A stretch of 32,473 nucleotides of DNA. It comes from Eledone cirrhosa (taxonomy: Eukaryota). The position numbers were made by a program, and so were the translations under genes. The DNA lies in assembly GCA_964016885.1 (NCBI GenBank), contig CAXHJY010001563.1:1-32473 (forward strand). Direction: 5' to 3'. Below, in pieces: positions 1 to 13,782 of this stretch; position 1 is the first letter of the stretch; each line of letters begins with the position of its first letter. The notes below the pieces were generated by a model that saw only the letters and a list, made by a program, of their open reading frames with translations, made no database searches and was not told the origin of the DNA.

Positions 1-2286
1 TATATATGTATGTATGTATGTATATATGTATGTATGTATGTATATATATATGTATGTATATATAATATATATGTATATATGTATATATGTATGTATGTAT
101 GTATATATATATATATATGTATATATGTATATATGTATGTATATATGTATATATATATATATGTATGTATATATGTATATATATATATGTATGTATTATG
201 TATATATATATATATATGTATGTATATATGTATATATTATATATGTATGTATATATGTATATATATATATATATATGTATGTATATATGTATATATATAT
301 GTATATATATATGTATATATGTATATATAGTATGTATATATATATGTATGTATATATATATATGTATGTATGTATGTATATGTATGTATGTATGTATATA
401 TATATATGTATGTATATATGTATATATATATATGTATGTATATATGTATATATATATATATATATGTATGTATATATATATATATATGTATGTATATATA
501 TATATATAGTATGTATTATATTATATGTATGTATATATGTATATATATATATGTATGTATATATGTATATATGTATATATATGTATGTATGTATAATATA
601 TATATGTATTATATATATGTATGTATATATGTATATATATATATGTATGTATATATATATAGTATGTATAGTATATATATATATGTATGTATATATATAT
701 ATGTATATATGTATATATGTATGTATATATATATATGTATGTATATATATATATATGTATGTATATATTGTATGTATATATGTATAATATATGTATGTAT
801 ATATGTATGTATATATATATATATGTATATATATATGTATGTATGATATATATATATATGTATATATGTATGTATATATATATGTATGTATGTATATATG
901 TATGTATATATGTATGTATATTATACGTATATATGTATGTATATATGTATGTATATATATATATATGTATGTATATATGTATGTATATATATATATGTAT
1001 GTATATATGTATGTATATATATATATGTATGTATATATGTATGTATATATATATATATGTATGTATATATGTATGTATATATATATGTATGTATATATGT
1101 ATATATATATTATATTATGTATTATATATATATATATGTATGTATATATGTATATATATTATGTATATATGTATATATATATATATGTATGTATGTATAT
1201 ATGTATATATATATATATGTATGTATATTATATATATGTATGTATATATTATATATATATATGTATGTATATATGTATATATATATATATGTATGTATAT
1301 ATTTATATATTTATTATATATATATATATATGTATGTATATATATATATATGTATGTATTATGTATATATATATATATGTATGTATATATGTATATATAT
1401 ATATATGTATGTATATATGTATATATAATATGTATGTATATATGTATATATTATATGTATGTTATATATGATATATTAGTATATATATATATGTATGTAT
1501 ATATGTATATATATGTATGTATATATATATATATATATATGTATGTATATATGTATGTATATATTATATGTATGTATATATGTATATGTATGTATATATA
1601 TATGATATTTATATATATGTATGTATATATTATAATATGTATGTATATATGTATATATATATATTATGTATGTATATATTATATATTATGTATGTATATA
1701 TATATGTATGTATATATGTATATTATGTATAGTATATATATATATATGTATGTATATATATATATGTATGTATATATGTATATATATATGTATGTATATA
1801 TATATATGTATGTATGTATATATGTATATATATATATATATGTATGTATATATATATATATATGTATGTATATGTATATATATAGTATGTATGTATGTAT
1901 ATATATATATATGTATGTATATATATTTATGTATGTATGTATATATATATATGTATATATATGTATGTATATATATATATATATTATGTATATATAGTAT
2001 ATATGTATGTATATATATATGTATATATATATTATGTATATATATATATGTATGTATATATTATATATATAGTATATGTATATATATATATATGTATGTA
2101 TATATATATATATATGTATGTATATATGTATATATATATATATATATATGTATGTATATATATATGTATGTATATATGTATATATATATATATATGTATT
2201 TATATATATATATATGTATGTATATGTATATATATATATATATGTATGTATATATGTATGTATATATATATATGTATGTATATATG

Positions 2287-2320
<34 letters not shown>

Positions 2321-2857
2321 TGTATGTATATATGTATATATATATATATGTATGTATATATGTATATATGTATGTATATATATATATGTATGTATATATG
2401 TATATATATATATATGTATGTATATATATATATATGTATGTATATATAAGTATGTATATTATGTATATATATATATATGTATGTATATATGTATATATAT
2501 ATATATATGTATGTATATATGTATATATATATATGTATAATATATATATTATGTATATATATGTATGTATATATATATATTATGTATGTATATATGTATA
2601 TATATATATATGTATGTATATATGTATATATATGTATGTATGTATGTATGTATATATATATATGTATGTATGTATATATGTATATATATATATGTATGTA
2701 TGTATGTATATATATATATATGTATGTATATATGTATATATATTATATATGATATGTATGTATGTATATATATATATGTATGTATGTATATATGTATATA
2801 TATATATGTATGTATATGTATGTATATATATATATATGTATGTATATAATGTATGAT

Positions 2858-2891
<34 letters not shown>

Positions 2892-3887
2892 GTATGTATA
2901 TATATATATATGTATGTATATATGTATGTATATATATATATATGTATGTATTATATATATGTATGTATATATATATGTATGTATATATATATGTATGTAT
3001 ATATATATGTATGTATATATGTATGTATATATGTATATATATATATATGTATGTATATATGTATATATATATATATGTATGTATATATGTATATATATAT
3101 ATATGTATGTATATATGTATATATATATATATGTATGTATATATGTATATATATATATATGTATGTATATATGTATATATATATATATGTATGTATATAT
3201 GTATATATATATATATGTATGTATATATGTATATATATATATATGTATGTATATATGTATATATATATATATGTATGTATATATGTATATATATATATAT
3301 GTATGTATATATGTATATATATATATATGTATGTATATATGTATATATATATATATGTATGTATATATGTATATATATATATATGTATGTATATATGTAT
3401 ATATATATATATGTATGTATATATGTATATATATATATATGTATGTATATATGTATATATATATATATGTATGTATATATGTATATTATATATATATGTA
3501 TGTATATATGTATATATATATATATGTATGTATATATGTATATATATATATATGTATGTATATATGTATATATATATATATGTATGTATATATGTATATA
3601 TATATATATGTATGTATATATGTATATATATATATATGTATGTATATATGTATATATATATGTATATATGTAAGTATATATGTATATGTATGTATATATG
3701 TATGTATATATGTATGTATATATGTATATATGTATATATGTATGTATATATGTATATATATATATATGTATGTATATATGTATATATATATATATGTATG
3801 TATATATGTATATATATATATATGTATGTATATATGTATATATATATATATGTATGTATATATGTATATATATATGTATATATATAT
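1..3887. repeat. Compound (TA)n/(TATG)n microsatellite; regular 28-bp higher-order unit at ~3030-3650
   Basis: Alternating pyrimidine/purine sequence of T, A and G. The unit GTAT-GTATATAT-GTATATATATATATAT is repeated near the 3' end. The 5' part has scattered single-base indels. Confidence 0.98.
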
Positions 3888-4483
3888 GTTGGTGCTACTG
3901 GTAACATGTATCCCAGTACAACCTGTCCCATGGTCGGGTCGTTGGCGACTAAACTGGCAACCCCACCAAGGTTTCTTGGTGAGGAGGGTGACTTTGGACA
4001 TCCTGCAGGACTAAAAACCAAAACCTGTCAAAGGGGCAAAGGAGCTCTTAAGAGTCAATGGCCATCCAAAATCACCGGAGAGATGACCCCTTAGCCTTTG
4101 TCAAGGCAGAATTCTAGGAGAAGGAAAACTCTGATATAACACCTGCAACCCTGATGGTATCCAATGATGTTGACTTGTTCTTCTTTTGGTAAATATCATC
4201 TTGGTTAAGAGAGTGGGACTGGCTTTGTGCAGTGCCTTTGCTCACTATAAAAGCTTCACGGCACAGGCATTGCTTTATATCTGGAGATCTCTCTGCACTT
4301 GTCGTCACATGGTACCATGGGCCCAGCACTATGTGTCAGTAATTGTCACAAGTGTAGTGTTTGTACCAGAGTTTTCAAGTCGCTGGCTGGACTAAAAAGT
4401 CACACTCGTTCAGCGCATCGGTAGGGGTTCTCCTACATGGATATAAAGTAGTGGCCGTACTCGAAAACGAGTTGGCAGCCACC
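3888..4483 (+). mobile_element. Non-autonomous bipartite RTE-derived retroposon, copy 1 (subfamily A, ~12 nt 5'-truncated)
   Basis: Near-identical to 10230-10834, 20835-21442 and 27096-27697. Contains the RTE 5'UTR-like motif GGAGAAGGAAAACTCTGA, the C2H2 remnant [23 protein letters not shown] (4353-4424) and a terminal hairpin GTGGC..CTCG-AAAA-CGAG..GCCAC (4451-4482) running into (TA)n. Confidence 0.85.
4353..4424 (+). pseudogene. C-terminal C2H2 zinc-finger coding remnant of a LINE ORF
   Basis: Translates as C-x2-C-x12-H-x4-H followed by R and TAG. Also intact in copy 3; the last His is Leu in copies 2 and 4. Confidence 0.75.
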
Positions 4484-6810
<2,327 letters not shown>

Positions 6811-7014
6811 AACTTTGAATAACTTTGAAATGTTTTGGCCAGTATTGGCCCAGGCCATGTCTAACTTAATAGCACCACCTGGCGAAGTCTTTCAATTCAG
6901 GATTTGGGCACCATGGCCCATTCGAGAAGAGAATTACTGTTTGCGGAGACATATCCGGGTGTGGGTGGTTTGTCCGGGATTACTTGGAGGAATTTGTCCA
7001 AAGACTTCTTGAAT
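6811..7014. other. Unassigned ~200-bp complex-sequence insert, possibly a degenerate retroelement fragment
   Basis: Non-repetitive island inside the microsatellite that starts with a 10-bp tandem duplication, TAACTTTGAA x2 (6810-6829). No recognisable termini. Confidence 0.4.
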
Positions 7015-7138
7015 TATATATTATATATATATGTATGTATATATTATATATATGTAATTATATATATATGTATGTATATATGTATATATATATGTATGTA
7101 TATATGTATATATATATGTATATATGTATGTATGTATG

Positions 7139-7173
<35 letters not shown>

Positions 7174-7576
7174 ATATATATGTATGTATGTATGTATGTA
7201 TATATATATGTATGTATGTATGTATGTATATATATATGTATGTATGTATATATATATGTATGTATGTATATATATATGTATATATATATATATGTATGTA
7301 TATATATATGTATGTATGTATATATATATGTATGTATATATATATGTATGTATGTATATATATATGTATGTATATATATATGTATGTATATATATATGTA
7401 TGTATATATATATGTATGTATATATATATGTATGTATGTATATATATATATGTATGTATATATATATGTATGTATATATATATGTATATATATATGTATG
7501 TATATATATATGTATGTATATATGTATATATATATATATGTATGTATATATATATGTATGTATATATATATGTATG

Positions 7577-7609
<33 letters not shown>

Positions 7610-7822
7610 GTATATATGTATATATATATATATGTATGTATATATATATGTATGTATATATATATGTATGTATATATATATATATGTATGTATATATATA
7701 TGTATGTATATATATGTATATATGTATATATGTATATATATATATATGTATGTATATATATATGTATATATGTATGTATATATATATATATATGTATGTA
7801 TATATGTATGTATGTATATATG

Positions 7823-7874
<52 letters not shown>

Positions 7875-7970
7875 TATATGTATATATATATATATGTATG
7901 TATATATGTATATATATATATATGTATGTATATATGTATATATATATATGTATATATGTATGTATATATG

Positions 7971-8002
<32 letters not shown>

Positions 8003-8187
8003 TATATGTATATATATATGTATGTATATATGTATGTATATATGTATATATATATGTATGTATATATGTATATATATATGTATGTATATATGTATGTATA
8101 TATGTATATATATATGTATGTATATATGTATGTATATATGTATATATATATGTATGTATATATGTATATATATATGTATGTATATAT

Positions 8188-8228
<41 letters not shown>

Positions 8229-8242
8229 TATATATATGTATG

Positions 8243-8273
<31 letters not shown>

Positions 8274-8954
8274 ATATGTATATATATATGTATATATGTA
8301 TATATATATGTATATATGTATATATATATGTATGTATATATGTATATATATATGTATGTATATATGTATATATATATGTATGTATATATGTATATATATA
8401 TGTATGTATATATGTATATATATATGTATGTATATATGTATATATATATGTATGTATATATGTATATATGTATGTATATATGTATATATATATGTATGTA
8501 TATATGTATATATATATGTATATATGTATATATATATGTATGTATATATGTATATATATATGTATGTATATATGTATATATGTATGTATATATGTATATA
8601 TGTATGTATATATGTATATATATATGTATGTATATATGTATATATGTATATATATATGTATGTATATATGTATATATATATGTATATATGTATATATATA
8701 TGTATATATATATATATGTATGTATATATGTATATATATATATATGTATGTATATATGTATATATATATATATGTATGTATATATGTATATATATATATA
8801 TGTATGTATATATGTATATATATATATATGTATGTATATATGTATATATATATATATGTATGTATATATGTATATATATATATATGTATGTATATATGTA
8901 TATATATATATATGTATGTATATATGTATATATATATATATGTATGTATATATG

Positions 8955-8989
<35 letters not shown>

Positions 8990-9050
8990 GTATGTATATA
9001 TATATATATGTATGTATATATGTATATATATATATATGTATGTATATATG

Positions 9051-9081
<31 letters not shown>

Positions 9082-9086
9082 ATATG

Positions 9087-9133
<47 letters not shown>

Positions 9134-9911
9134 GTATATGTATATATATGTATATGTATATATATATATATGTATGTATATATGTATATATATATATATG
9201 TATGTATATATGTATATATATATATATGTATGTATATATGTATATATATATATATGTATGTATATATGTATATATATATATATGTATGTATATATGTATA
9301 TATATATATATGTATGTATATATGTATATATATATATATGTATGTATATATATATATATGTATGTATATATGTATATATATATATATGTATGTATATATG
9401 TATATATATATATATGTATGTATATATGTATATATATATATATGTATGTATATATGTATATATATATATATGTATGTATATATGTATATATATATATATG
9501 TATGTATATATGTATATATATATATATGTATGTATATATGTATATATATATATATGTATGTATATATGTATATATATATATATGTATGTATATATGTATA
9601 TATATATATGTATGTATATATGTATATATATGTATATATGTATATATATATATGTATGTATATATGTATATATATATATATGTATGTATATATGTATATA
9701 TATATATATGTATATATGTATATATATATATATGTATGTATATATGTATATATATATATATGTATGTATATATGTATATATATATATATGTATGTATATA
9801 TGTATATATATATATATGTATGTATATATGTATATATATATATATGTATATATGTATATATGTATATATATATGTATATATGTATATATATATATGTATG
9901 TATATATGTAT

Positions 9912-9942
<31 letters not shown>

Positions 9943-10229
9943 TGTATGTATATATGTATGTATGTATATATGTATATATATATATGTATGTATATATATA
10001 TGTATATGTATGTATGTATATATGTATATGTATGTATGTATATATGTATATGTGTATATATATGTATGTATATATGTATATGTGTATATATATGTATGTA
10101 TATATATGTATATGTATGTATGTATATATGTATATATATATATATGTATGTATATATGTATGTATATATATATATATATGTATGTATATATGTATATATA
10201 TATATATATGTATGTATATATATATGTAT
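7015..10229. repeat. Compound (TA)n/(TATG)n microsatellite; the 28-bp unit recurs at ~8720-9600
   Basis: Direct reading of the sequence. Confidence 0.98.
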
Positions 10230-10831
10230 GTCAGGTCACCACTTGGTGCTACTGGTAACATGTATCCCAGTACAACCTGTCTCATGGTCGGGTCGTTGGC
10301 GACTAAACTGGCAACCCCACTAAGGTTTCTTGGTGAGGAGGGTGACTTTGGACATCCTGCAGGACTAAAAACAAAACCTGTCAAAGGGCAAAGGAGCTCT
10401 TAAGAGTCAATGGCCATCCAAAATCACCGGGAGAGATGACCCCTTAGCCTTTGTCAAGGCAGAATTCTAGGAGAAGGAAAACTCTGATATAACACCTGCA
10501 ACCCTGATGGTATCCAATGATGTTGACTTGTTCTTCTTTTTGGTAAATATCATCTTGGTTAAGAGAGTGGGACTGGCTTTGTGCAGTGCCTTTGCTCACT
10601 TTAAAAGCTTCACGGCACAGGCATTGCTTTATATCTGGAGATCTCTCTGCACTTGTCCTCACATGGTACCATGGGCCCAGCACTGTGTCAATAATTGTCA
10701 CAAGTGTAGTGTTTGTACCAGAGTTTTCAAGTCGCTGGCTGGACTAAAAAGTCACACTCGTTCAGCGCTTCGGTAGGGGTTCTCCTACATGGATATAAAG
10801 TAGTGGCCGTACTCGAAAACGAGTTGGCAGC

Positions 10832-10834
<3 letters not shown>
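10230..10834 (+). mobile_element. Non-autonomous bipartite RTE-derived retroposon, copy 2 (subfamily B)
   Basis: Starts GTCAGGTCACC and ends GGCAGCCAC, followed by pure (TA)n at 10835-10882. B-diagnostic sites: CCACTTGG, GTCCTCAC, CACTGTGTCAATAA, GCGCTT, CCACTATA. Confidence 0.85.
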
Positions 10835-10883
<49 letters not shown>

Positions 10884-11071
10884 TAGCGGAGCTACCCGGC
10901 TTCGCTCAGTGTTAAAAAGCTTATTTAGAAAAGAATAATATTAACATTTTAATCGTTATTTAAAAACTTCTGTAATTTAGTTTCTATTTTTTAGATTTTA
11001 ACATTTATCTTTAAATGACTGAATGACTGACGAATTTAAAGAAAATTCGTTATAAGAACATTTAATTTGTT

Positions 11072-12935
11072 TTACTGAAGTGCTTTTGGATACACAATGT
11101 TTTTTGTTTTTCCTTCTGGTGCGTACTCGAATAAATCAGAAGGTTTACCGATGCGTGAGCAAGCCACATACAGCTGTCCATGTGAGAAGCATGGATTTTC
11201 TAAATTTAGTCCACACACTTGTAGCGATTGTCCTTGTGCTTTGTTGATAGTCATTGCAAAGGCGAGTCGCACCGGAAACTGCAAACGTTTGAAATCGAAT
11301 GGCGTATCTGTTGGAATGATTGGGATGCGTGGCAAGAGTACATCTTCTCCTTTAAATTTTCCATTTAAAATTGTAGCCTCGATGATATTGTTCATCGTCT
11401 TTTTCACTGAAAGTCTGGTACCGTTGCAAAGTTGTGGTGGATTGATGTTTCGGAGAAGGATGATAGGCACGCCAATTTTCAATGTTAAAATGTGCGGTGG
11501 CATTCCTGGCAAATCAAGTGAATTCAAGAATTCAATTGGATAATTGATAATTTCGTCTTGATTCATTACAGTATCGATGGACTTATACGTTGTCGCTTCG
11601 CCTGGTATTTCGTTTTGAATGCTGAAATTAATGGCATTGACATCGGTGTTTTTGGCTGCTAATATAGCACGTACACTGAGCCACTGATGATTCTTGTAAT
11701 GCTGCGCAATATTTGGGAACACTTTGTGAATCACTTCGTCTCTGGTTGCCGTGATTCTACAGAAGTTTGTTGGCAATGTGATACATTTTGTGGAATCATC
11801 GATTACCATTTTCCCATTCCCAATATCCAGCAATTGTTTTGTGAAACGTTCAGCGGATGCGTCATTTTGTAGTTGTACACGCATATTGTTTTTTAAAGTT
11901 AATTTCTGTACGTGTCGCCATAAAACTGATGATTTGAGACATGCATTAAGCTCATCAGCGGGTGTTGATCGCGGTATAACTGGTAGAGTTTGTCGAAAAT
12001 CACCAGACAATAAAATGAGTGTGCCACCGAAGAGCTGTTCATTTCCTTTCAAATCTTTTAGCGTATTATTAAGCGCTTCCAATGATTTTTTTGTGCGCCA
12101 TAGTACATTCGTCCCATATAATGATTTTACATGATTGGAGTACATTACCTATACCAGAATTTTTGGTAATATTGCATGTTGATGTCTCAGCGATTTGCAT
12201 ATTCAATGGCAATTTCAGGGCTGAATGTGCTGTTCGGCCACCATCTAAAAGAGTTGCCGCAATTCCATATGATGCGATTGCCAGTGCAATATTATTTTCT
12301 GATCGTATAGTTGCCAAAATAAGTGAAATGAGAAAAGTTTTGCCTGTACCACCGGGCGCATCTATAAAATACAATTCGCCGCTTTGACTTATAATTGCTT
12401 GCATAATTTGGTCATATACTATGCGTTGTTCTGGTAGCAATTTGGGAAGATTCGTTTGAACAAATGTACCAAATTCGGCGACATCAAAGTTTGTTTCTCG
12501 TTGCAAATCATGATCGAAAATGTCGTTTACAGATCGATTCGGCGCAGGCATTCCCAATTGTACCAATGTTTTGTTAGCGATTGCTAAACATATGACCTCA
12601 ATGGAAACCAATGCTTCATTATACACATTTTGTGTGAATTGAATATTCATATTTTGATTTGTTGCACGCAAACGATGTAGGATGTCTTCACTCATGTAGT
12701 CTTTATATTTTTCCCAAAGATCTTTTGGATTTGATGGGAAGCACGTTGTCAATATTATTGAGAATAATGTGCGTATTTGCTTTGGTCGAGCAGTATTCGA
12801 TGCATCAGCGAGTGAAGTGTCCCAATGTCCATCATTTTCAAGAAGATTTAATTCTTGGCAAGCTTCACGATAAGTGGCACATACTTGACCGTTTACTGTT
12901 CTCAATTCTTGGAATGATGTCGGTCCACGTATGTG
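11072..12935 (-). pseudogene. Helitron RepHel C-terminal part: Pif1-family SF1B DNA helicase, 5'-deleted and frameshifted
   Basis: ORFs 12069-12905 and 11072-12145 join into ...IIWDECTMAHKK/SLEALNNTLKDL... if one T is removed from the T7 run at 12086-12092. Motifs: HIRGPTSFQELRTVNG, Walker A DAPGGTGKTF, Walker B IIWDE, LSGDFRQTLPV, QFPVRLAFAMTINKAQGQSL, FSHGQLYVACSR. Confidence 0.92.
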
Positions 12936-13060
12936 TCCAGGTCAGGAAAATAAGGACAGACGAAATGAAGATATCAAATTACAGCACTTAGTTAAGGGCT
13001 AGCTGAAAAAGAATTCCCTGTAATGGGAGTGGAAGGGAAGTAATGTGAAACAGACACTAT

Positions 13061-13170
13061 ACTAATTCTATTGAAATTATATTAAATTAAAGAGAGAATT
13101 TACTAATTCTATTGAAATTATATTAAATTAAAGAGAGAATACTAATTCTATTGAAATTATCTTTAATTAA
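13061..13170. repeat. AT-rich tandem repeat, ~39-41 bp x ~2.7, inside the Helitron
   Basis: ACTAATTCTATTGAAATTAT... starts at 13061, 13102 and 13141. Confidence 0.9.
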
Positions 13171-13177
13171 AAAAATT

Positions 13178-13529
13178 TCACACTCGCTCTTTCACTCACT
13201 CTTTGTCTATACGTTGATTTCTCTTTCTCCGTTTATAGCACTCTCTCTTTGTCTATACGTTGCTCTTTCACTCTTTGTCTATACGTTGATTTCTCTTTCT
13301 CCGTTTATAACTTTAGAGACAGTCTAATATAGGGAGTGGTTCAAAGCAGCCAGACTACTCGCTCTTTCACTCGTTGCTCTTTCACTCTCTCTTTGTCTAT
13401 ACGTTGGTTTCTCTTTCTCCGTTTATAACTTTAGAGACAGTCTAATATAGGGAGTGGTTCAAAGCAGCCAGACTACTCGCTCTTTCACTCTCTGTTTGAA
13501 TATACGTTGATTTCTCTTTCTCCGTTTAT
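13178..13529. repeat. Complex subterminal tandem repeats of the Helitron 5' region (118-bp period plus shorter sub-repeats)
   Basis: AGTCTAATATAGGGAGTGGTTCAAAGCAGCCAGACTACTCG occurs at 13321 and 13439. TATACGTTG(A/G)TTTCTCTTTCTCCGTTTATA occurs four times. Confidence 0.9.
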
Positions 13530-13576
13530 ATCTTTGGACAAACAAACAAACATACATTCATTTTTATATATATAGA

Positions 13577-13782
13577 TGTATGTATGTATATGTATATGTA
13601 TGTATGTGTATGTATGTATATGTATGTATATGTATGTATATGTATGTATGTATGTGTATATATATATATATATATGTATGTATGTGTGTATGTATGTATG
13701 TATGTGTATATATATATGTATGTATGTATGTGTATATATATGTATGTATGTATGTATGTGTATATGTATGTATGTATGTATG
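13577..13782. repeat. (TATG)n/(TA)n/(TG)n microsatellite
   Basis: Direct reading. The same GTGT-containing flavour resumes at 17294, on the other side of the LINE. Confidence 0.95.

Larger units (their letters stand above)
10883..13576 (-). mobile_element. Helitron (rolling-circle transposon), internally deleted, both termini present
   Basis: The minus strand reads A|TCTATATATATAAAAATGAATG... at 13576 and ...GAGCGAAGCCGGGTAGCTCCGCTAG|T at 10883. This gives a 5' TC, a 3' CTAG with a degenerate subterminal GC hairpin, and an A-T target with no TSD. It encloses Pif1 helicase coding sequence but no Rep/HUH domain. Confidence 0.92.

Noticed and set aside
3888-4000. tRNA-derived SINE head
   Set aside because: No convincing A box/B box (GTTCGA) pair or cloverleaf is visible.
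11072-12935. Host PIF1 gene
   Set aside because: Intronless, bounded by Helitron TC/CTAG termini and preceded by the RepHel-type GPTSF..LRTVNG motif.
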